Shown here piece after piece: positions 58,663 to 64,000 of a stretch of DNA of 64,000 nucleotides (position 1 is its first letter; each line of letters starts with the position of its first letter). The stretch covers positions 2,180 through 66,179 of IMG/VR virus record IMGVR_UViG_3300007539_000018; one strand, 5' to 3'. Origin of the DNA: a virus. Lineage: Duplodnaviria > Caudoviricetes. A model generated the notes under the pieces. It had not been told where the DNA came from, made no database searches, and worked only from the letters and a program-made list of their open reading frames with translations. A program made the position numbers and the translations under genes.

Positions 58663-59349
58663 TCACTCTTTAATAATACCTTTCCAATCCATTTTATTTG
58701 CCTGTTGAAAGGTTTCTGAAAACTTATCGCCAGTAATGTCAATATCTGGTTCTGTTTCCTGTGAAAGTTTTTTAGAGTCATCTACTACTTTACGAACAAG
58801 CGCACTTGTTAAAATAGCAATATAATCAACAAATGCACCGCTTCTCATAACTGGAATAATTGCTTGGGTAAGTTCATGTCTTTTCATACTAGGGCTATCC
58901 GACATTTTTCTATCAACAATTTTAGTTATTTCTTTTCTAGACTCAACCATGACCTTTTCCGAAACATCGTTAATTACCTCTTGTAGTGATTGCATCAATT
59001 CCTCGGAATCTGGCTTTTCATCATCATTTGGCTTTTTTTCTTCTATGTTTGATACTGTATCTCTTTCTATAATATCTAACCTTTCTTCCATTTCTGGGTC
59101 GTTTAGCATATCTAATCCAACAAGCATCGGTTCTAATAGAAGAACTTCTGCCATTTTTCTTTTATCAGTAACAGTAAGACCTTCTTCATTTTCAAGTGCT
59201 TTAAGAGCATCACCTAAAAGATTTCCACCTAATTCAGTCAATTGACTGGTAAGTTGAATTTTTCCGAGAACCTTAGCATAAATACCTCTAGAGTTTTTAA
59301 TTACATCTCTAAACGAGAAGTCTGCTTTAATGATGTTTTCCCAATTCAT
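58663..59349 (-). CDS. helical protein with the motif at both ends (MNWENIIK ... MDWKGIIKE)
   Basis: Direct reading of the translation. Confidence 0.7.
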   Translation of the reverse strand: MNWENIIKADFSFRDVIKNSRGIYAKVLGKIQLTSQLTELGGNLLGDALKALENEEGLTVTDKRKMAEVLLLEPMLVGLDMLNDPEMEERLDIIERDTVSNIEEKKPNDDEKPDSEELMQSLQEVINDVSEKVMVESRKEITKIVDRKMSDSPSMKRHELTQAIIPVMRSGAFVDYIAILTSALVRKVVDDSKKLSQETEPDIDITGDKFSETFQQANKMDWKGIIKE

Positions 59350-59353
59350 TCTA

Positions 59354-59581
59354 TTATCCCTTCTGTTTCAGTAATTTTCTCATTTCGTCGAGCATACTCT
59401 CTAATTGTTTTATTACCGTAGTTGAGGGAGTATTACCGTAAGCACCTTTATAATCATCATTAGCATCTTCCGTAAAGTTATTCAATTTTTTCAAAAAATC
59501 ACTCATCGCTTGTGCATTTTTATCCATATAAAGTCTAAACTCTTTATCATCTTCTTCTTTTATTATTTCTTCCCAAGTCAT
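59354..59581 (-). CDS. small protein; leader MTWEEIIK
   Basis: ORF with GGGGA RBS. Confidence 0.7.
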   Translation of the reverse strand: MTWEEIIKEEDDKEFRLYMDKNAQAMSDFLKKLNNFTEDANDDYKGAYGNTPSTTVIKQLESMLDEMRKLLKQKG

Positions 59582-59593
59582 GTTATTATCCCC

Positions 59594-59977
59594 TTAATCT
59601 TCTGAATCTAGTCGCTTGCTTTGTGCTAGTTCAATTGAATCTATTCTAAACAATTTCTCATCATCTTTAAAATTAGTTGCTATAACAACTATTGTATCTT
59701 CATCGTATTTCCTGAGTTTGCCAGTTATTTTTAATTTAGTCTCCATAAAGGTTTTATCTCTAAGACCTTTAAAAAATCTAGTGTTCGTAACTTTTACAGG
59801 ATGCTTCTTTTCCATTGACCTAATCAATTTACCGAGTGCTTCCTTAGTTCCTTTATGCCCTCTAAGGTCATCTTCAACAGCATCAATTAATATTTGGTTA
59901 GCACTAAATAGCCTTTTATTTGTCCTACGGTTTCTTTCACCCATAACTTCTTTTCTAATTGTATCTTCCCAACTCAT
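59594..59977 (-). CDS. small protein; leader variant MSWEDTIRK
   Basis: ORF with GGAG RBS. Confidence 0.7.
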   Translation of the reverse strand: MSWEDTIRKEVMGERNRRTNKRLFSANQILIDAVEDDLRGHKGTKEALGKLIRSMEKKHPVKVTNTRFFKGLRDKTFMETKLKITGKLRKYDEDTIVVIATNFKDDEKLFRIDSIELAQSKRLDSED

Positions 59978-59981
59978 GTTA

Positions 59982-60293
59982 TTATCTCCTCTTTTTTTTG
60001 CTAAATAATTTATGTGTGTAATAGGCGTTCATTGGTTCTCCCATTCCAGTTACTCTTACACCCACATTATATTTTCCATCTCGAAGGTGAAATTCAACCT
60101 CAATTTCAGCATTAGGTAAAAAACCATCAAGTTCTTTTTGTAAGAATGTCTCTAATTTATCTGCTTCTTCTTTACTAGGTTCAACATGCCTTTTTAAATT
60201 ACGATTAAGTAAATAGTCTATTTTACCCTTTACCTTTTTCATAGCCTTTTCCCTATCTTGATAAGGGCCTTTGACTATTTCTTTCCAATTCAT
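59982..60293 (-). CDS. small protein; leader MNWKEIVK; first gene of the array
   Basis: ORF with GGGGA RBS. Confidence 0.7.
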   Translation of the reverse strand: MNWKEIVKGPYQDREKAMKKVKGKIDYLLNRNLKRHVEPSKEEADKLETFLQKELDGFLPNAEIEVEFHLRDGKYNVGVRVTGMGEPMNAYYTHKLFSKKKRR

Positions 60294-60427
60294 GCTATAT
60301 CCCCTATTAAAATTAATGAAAAGTCGTTTTTGAAAAAATGTGGCGGAATTTTTGTGGCACTAGCAAAATTTTTTAATTGATTTATTATGTATTCCCAGTT
60401 TAAAAATAGTTATTTTAATAATAATAT

Positions 60428-60649
60428 TTAGAATAGTTTTGTTTGTTTAGTTTTATTAGGATGCATTAGTGTTATAATATCTTCTTTTAATAGTTTTAGT
60501 TTTAATGCTATTTGCTGTAATTGCTTCTTATTAACGCTATTAGTCTGTATATTACGCTTTGATGTAGATTGCCTTATATCTATTAGTATAGGAGTAATGA
60601 TTTCAATGATGCGGTTTAATTCGTTTAATACCTCATTATCGTCAGTCAT
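60428..60649 (-). CDS. small coiled-coil protein ending in QTKLF
   Basis: GGGGAG RBS; clamp-binding-like C-terminus. Confidence 0.55.
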   Translation of the reverse strand: MTDDNEVLNELNRIIEIITPILIDIRQSTSKRNIQTNSVNKKQLQQIALKLKLLKEDIITLMHPNKTKQTKLF

Positions 60650-60825
60650 ATGACTCCCCTGCTAATGCCTATCCGTATTGGGTATTAAGCGTATCGTTTT
60701 TAGGGGCAATAAGTTGAACTATGCGGCGTTTATATTAATAATAACATGTTTAATAGAGTTATATTCATTAAAATAGCCTTATAATATGTTATTTTAATAA
60801 TAAATCAATAAATAAAAAATTTAGA

Positions 60826-60842
60826 CAAAGCCATATGGTTGT
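60826..60842 (-). promoter_or_regulatory. CCATATGG palindrome, copy 1 (leftward orientation)
   Basis: Minus strand ACAACCATATGGCTTTG. Confidence 0.6.
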
Positions 60843-61044
60843 ATAACTTGAGGTAATTGCTGATAATGGTAGTCTATATAGACATATTTAGAAAGTATGT
60901 TATAACTAAATATAAATAGCAATAGACTAAATATAAGCCAAATCTATACCAACGAAGGCCATAAAGCGCAATACATTCTATGGATAATAATGAAATCAAA
61001 TGCCAATGACTACCATATCATAGACCTATATAGAACCTAATAGA

Positions 61045-61090
61045 CACAACCATATGGTTGCTTTGCTTCCTCAGACTTTATACCTATTGA
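61045..61090 (+). promoter_or_regulatory. palindrome + TATA promoter, copy 2
   Basis: CACAACCATATGGTTGCTTTG then TTTATACCTATT upstream of ATG 61118. Confidence 0.7.
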
Positions 61091-61117
61091 CAACATAATA
61101 ATACAGGAGAGAGAAAT

Positions 61118-61327
61118 ATGATAGAAGCACTACAACGACACCTAATTGGAGCAATTACCCAACTGCATGTAATGAAAGCAGTCCAAGACGAACAATACGA
61201 GATAGCCGAGGAATACCCAGTTTGGGAAGAAGAAGGAACGCTTGATTTTCTGATAATGGCTTGGGATTTCGTACAATTTGAAGAATGGCGAGATTGGGCT
61301 AACCAATTCTACGGAGGCGGTCTTTGA
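61118..61327 (+). CDS. small acidic hypothetical protein
   Basis: AGGAG RBS; first gene after the promoter. Confidence 0.65.
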   Translation: MIEALQRHLIGAITQLHVMKAVQDEQYEIAEEYPVWEEEGTLDFLIMAWDFVQFEEWRDWANQFYGGGL

Positions 61328-61533
61328 TGTATTTGAGGAGTAGAATGCAATTACATGATGTGCCTTTGTCTTTGTTTGAAATGTGGACTTCATTACCGAA
61401 TACAACAATTCACATTTCCAAGAATTACATATGGGCTACATGGTCGGACAACGGACAATTACTCGACCTTTGGCTAATTGATGAAGATGTTGCCGAATAT
61501 AAGGAAAAATACCAATTGGAGGAAGAAGAATGA
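61324..61533 (+). CDS. small hypothetical protein
   Basis: Coupled ORF. Confidence 0.6.
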   Translation: MMYLRSRMQLHDVPLSLFEMWTSLPNTTIHISKNYIWATWSDNGQLLDLWLIDEDVAEYKEKYQLEEEE

Positions 61534-62018
61534 AAACAGAACAAATGAAGAAAGAAGTGAGAATATATCCATATGAACATATTATGATGGATGACGACTT
61601 GGGCGGTGTAGTTATTTTTACTAATCCCGAACATCACCCCGACGACCATTATCGAGGAAGAGGAATGTATCATAATTGGAGTATGGAGTCTTGGTCGCAT
61701 GAAAAGTTTGCTATGCAAATGCTATTCGACTTAATCCAAGTCACAGATATTCCTCAACAGATTTATGTCACTGAAATACAGAAAATGGTGAAATGGCAAA
61801 AAGTAGAGGCATTGTATGAAACATATGGTAAACGAGGTAATATCACCGTCGAAAAATGTCCTTATTGTGATTCAAAGAACATTGAGTATGATGGTGACAT
61901 GGAGACTGATGGTTGTTCTGCTGATTGGGCTACTTGGGCCTATTGGAGTATCAATTGCAACGATTGTGATTTCGGCATCAATGGAAAATATGTGGAGTCA
62001 TCCGGTGGTAATTGGTAA
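61530..62018 (+). CDS. protein with C-terminal zinc ribbon
   Basis: CPYCDS...CNDC; GGAGG RBS. Confidence 0.7.
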   Translation: MKTEQMKKEVRIYPYEHIMMDDDLGGVVIFTNPEHHPDDHYRGRGMYHNWSMESWSHEKFAMQMLFDLIQVTDIPQQIYVTEIQKMVKWQKVEALYETYGKRGNITVEKCPYCDSKNIEYDGDMETDGCSADWATWAYWSINCNDCDFGINGKYVESSGGNW

Positions 62019-62045
62019 TCAATACCTGCATCAATTCGTGAATTA

Positions 62046-62088
62046 GGGGAGAATCGGCCGTAATTGGTCGGTTCTCTCCATTTTTTTT
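62046..62088 (+). terminator. hairpin + poly-T terminator
   Basis: GGGGAGAATCGGCCG-TAAT-TGGTCGGTTCTCTCC-A-T8. Confidence 0.8.
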
Positions 62089-62110
62089 GTTTTCGGGGTT
62101 TGCTACGCTA

Positions 62111-62160
62111 CAAAGCACAACCATATGGTGTGCTTTGACGGCCTGATTATATACTATTCG
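62111..62160 (+). promoter_or_regulatory. palindrome + TATA promoter, copy 3
   Basis: CAAAGCACA-A-CCATATGG-TGTGCTTTG then TTATATACTATT. Confidence 0.7.
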
Positions 62161-62231
62161 CACCAATAGTATTGCTTCGTGGCGAAGTGGCTTAATTATT
62201 CGGTTGTAACTGAATAGGAAAGGTGAAAAAT

Positions 62232-62744
62232 ATGGACAAACAAAAATATGATATGAAAGCAAACGAGATTTTAGTATGGTTGAATGTGAATGATGCAGGT
62301 GCTTTAGGCCCAGTTATCGAAGCGACATTGAAGGCCGGATTGACAGCAGACAGCGATGAAGACCGAGATAAGTTTTGGTCGTCGGTTCGGTCATTGTGCG
62401 GTACTCTCCCAAACTCCCCGATTCGCAGAGGTATTCAATCCAGCCTCACAGCGGAACAGAGTGCAAATGTGGATTCTGTAATCAATCGTATCGAGAGTGC
62501 ATTTGCTTCAATTGGTGAAGCAGACCTCATTCTTGATGTAATGCACCCACGACAGCGTGGCGATTCAATCGGTCATTATGGCTCAATTGAAGATTGGGCT
62601 TCAAACATGGCTCAATCTGTCGAGCGACAGTTGAAACTTGCAATTAAGGAAAACCGTTGGTCAGGCGAATTGACTGACGGACTAACAAACATGGCCCTCA
62701 AAGAGCCAAAGGCAACAGATACGGAGGATTCCTCCGAGGAATGA
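62232..62744 (+). CDS. hypothetical protein in a monocistronic cassette
   Basis: AAGGTGA RBS before ATG 62232; own promoter and terminator. Confidence 0.75.
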   Translation: MDKQKYDMKANEILVWLNVNDAGALGPVIEATLKAGLTADSDEDRDKFWSSVRSLCGTLPNSPIRRGIQSSLTAEQSANVDSVINRIESAFASIGEADLILDVMHPRQRGDSIGHYGSIEDWASNMAQSVERQLKLAIKENRWSGELTDGLTNMALKEPKATDTEDSSEE

Positions 62745-62775
62745 TTGAGTAATTGAGACACTTCGCCATGTCGCA

Positions 62776-62815
62776 CCCCTTCCTGCCCAAATCGGGCGGG
62801 GAGGGGCTTTTTTTT
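62776..62815 (+). terminator. hairpin + poly-T terminator
   Basis: CCCCTTCCTGCCC-AAATC-GGGCGGGGAGGGG-C-T8. Confidence 0.8.
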
Positions 62816-62845
62816 GGATTTCAAAAAAGGTTGGTCTAAAGACCA

Positions 62846-62896
62846 CAAAGCACAACCATATGGTTGCTTTGTTTCCCTGCATAATATACCTATTGC
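62846..62896 (+). promoter_or_regulatory. palindrome + TATA promoter, copy 4
   Basis: CAAAGCACAACCATATGGTTGCTTTG then TAATATACCTATT. Confidence 0.7.
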
Positions 62897-62923
62897 ATAC
62901 TAAGTATCATGCGAAAGGAGATT

Positions 62924-63034
62924 ATGTGCGAATGCAACGAAACAACATGGTATGACGATAATGGCGGAACGGTGGCATTTGTTGATGCCATGCGTTATGT
63001 TTTGAGTATCTGTAAATGTGAGGTGAAAGAATGA
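62924..63034 (+). CDS. Cys-containing microprotein (36 aa)
   Basis: MCECNETTWYDDNGGTVAFVDAMRYVLSICKCEVKE; AGGAG RBS (alternative in-frame ATG at 62909). Confidence 0.55.
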   Translation: MCECNETTWYDDNGGTVAFVDAMRYVLSICKCEVKE

Positions 63035-63159
63035 GTGTGCATAACGGAAACTGCGAAGTATTTGTTGATTGTGCTAAGTGTAATGCTTTCATCAGTAATT
63101 GGACTTATCACAACAAAGCGTATTTTTGTATAAATTGTATTGATGAGGTGACTGAATGA
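63031..63159 (+). CDS. zinc-finger microprotein (42 aa)
   Basis: CAKC...CINC; GAGGTGA RBS; ATGA overlap. Confidence 0.65.
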   Translation: MSVHNGNCEVFVDCAKCNAFISNWTYHNKAYFCINCIDEVTE

Positions 63160-63371
63160 AATGTAAAAAACCAATGAAACACCGCCCTGCTATGGAGGGC
63201 GTGAATAACTGCAAGGAATGTGAACGGGAAAAATCGGAAGAACACATGCAATTATTGACTGCTTTTGGTTGGAGTCGAGAGAAATTAGAAAACTTGGCCG
63301 ATACAGAAAAGAAAGAGAGAGATAGATGCGGATATTTGTATTTTCCTTGGTTGTATCAATGGAGTGAATGA
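63156..63371 (+). CDS. small Cys-containing protein
   Basis: GAGGTGA RBS; ATGA overlap; CKEC. Confidence 0.65.
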   Translation: MKCKKPMKHRPAMEGVNNCKECEREKSEEHMQLLTAFGWSREKLENLADTEKKERDRCGYLYFPWLYQWSE

Positions 63372-63612
63372 TATGGATGATATGAAAACAGTAATTGAGC
63401 ATTTAGATGAAAGGTATTCAAATTGGGAGGTGGTGATTATGGCACTTGTCGAGGATATACTACCGGATGAGGTTTATGAGCAAATCACTGAGATGTTGGC
63501 CCAAATGGTATGTGATGAAGAACACCCGCTTCAATTAACTCATTTGAGGGAATTGTGCGATTCAAAGAACATGAACGATGTTATCATGTGCATGATTCAA
63601 GGATTCAGTTAA
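63364..63612 (+). CDS. small acidic protein
   Basis: Coupled ORF ending before a terminator. Confidence 0.6.
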   Translation: MNDMDDMKTVIEHLDERYSNWEVVIMALVEDILPDEVYEQITEMLAQMVCDEEHPLQLTHLRELCDSKNMNDVIMCMIQGFS

Positions 63613-63639
63613 TCTGCAATTGTTCAAAGTGGTGGATTT

Positions 63640-63680
63640 GAGGGGAATGGGGCGAAATGCCCCGTTCCTCTCTTTTTTTT
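63640..63680 (+). terminator. hairpin + poly-T terminator
   Basis: GAGGGGAATGGGGC-GAAAT-GCCCCGTTCCTCTC-T8. Confidence 0.8.
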
Positions 63681-63852
63681 GATTCGAGGTGGCTTTCAAC
63701 AAAGAGAGCCACCAAGTTACCTTGTCTTTCGTATGTAACAAATGGGTAGAAAATATTACCCTGCAAATTAACACTCTTTTGATAGTATCATTTTCAATTG
63801 CCCTTATACTGTATATCGTATAACTATACTATACTATAACTGATGAAAAAAT

Positions 63853-63990
63853 GTATCTCATAATCCATCTCATTTGGTGAGATACTTAACTTGAAGGTGA
63901 GTTACTACTTGTGTTCATAAGTATGAATTATTAATATATATTTATTATCTATCTCATCTATCTCATCATCTCACTACCCCCTTACTCTCA
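63853..63990. repeat. cluster of ATCTCA hexamers flanking an AT-rich stretch
   Basis: ATCTCA at 63855, 63867, 63951, 63960, 63968; inverted copy in TGAGATAC at 63878-63885. Confidence 0.5.
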
Positions 63991-64000
63991 TACAGCACAT

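Noticed and set aside
45735-60293. Integron-like cassette array explaining the repeated gene starts
   Set aside because: Genes abut or overlap with no attC-like spacers, no integrase is present, and leader codons vary synonymously.
60826-62871. CCATATGG palindromes as CRISPR repeats
   Set aside because: Copies are hundreds of bases apart and three are separated by genes; three precede a TATA-like box, which fits operators.
1-64000. Alternative genetic code or stop-codon reassignment
   Set aside because: Standard translation gives dense full-length ORFs, and TAA, TGA and TAG all serve as real stops.

Overview
This 64-kb window is most of the genome of a tailed archaeal dsDNA virus (Caudoviricetes). 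By gene content and order it is most likely a Magrovirus-type virus of Marine Group II/Poseidoniales; this is inference, no database search was run. It has four parts. (1) 1-6.3 kb (+): archaeal-type replication/repair module (PolB C-terminus with PIP box, Cas4-like nuclease, fused primase, ERCC4/XPF nuclease, MCM-like ATPase, DEDD exonuclease), a terminator and tRNA-Arg(UCU). (2) 6.3-45.7 kb (-): virion module (receptor-binding and tail-fibre proteins, tail tip, tape measure, -1 frameshifted tail chaperone, tail tube, neck, HK97-type capsid, prohead protease-scaffold, ATP-dependent ligase, portal, LAGLIDADG protein, TerL). It is interrupted by a five-gene block with an Arf/Sar-like small GTPase and membrane proteins. 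(3) 45.7-60.3 kb (-): an array of unrelated proteins, most of which begin with the same short leader M-x(0-3)-W-x-x-[ILV]-[ILV]-K. (4) 60.4-64 kb: a divergent control region and small promoter-gene-terminator cassettes marked by a CAACCATATGGTTG palindrome. The main hypothesis is that the W-x-x-I-L-K leader, which resembles the C-terminal tip of the protease-scaffold, is a capsid-loading tag removed by a Lys-specific prohead protease. It would deliver a variable cargo (SAM-lyase-like, GNAT, pentapeptide-repeat proteins, possibly the ligase) inside the virion.
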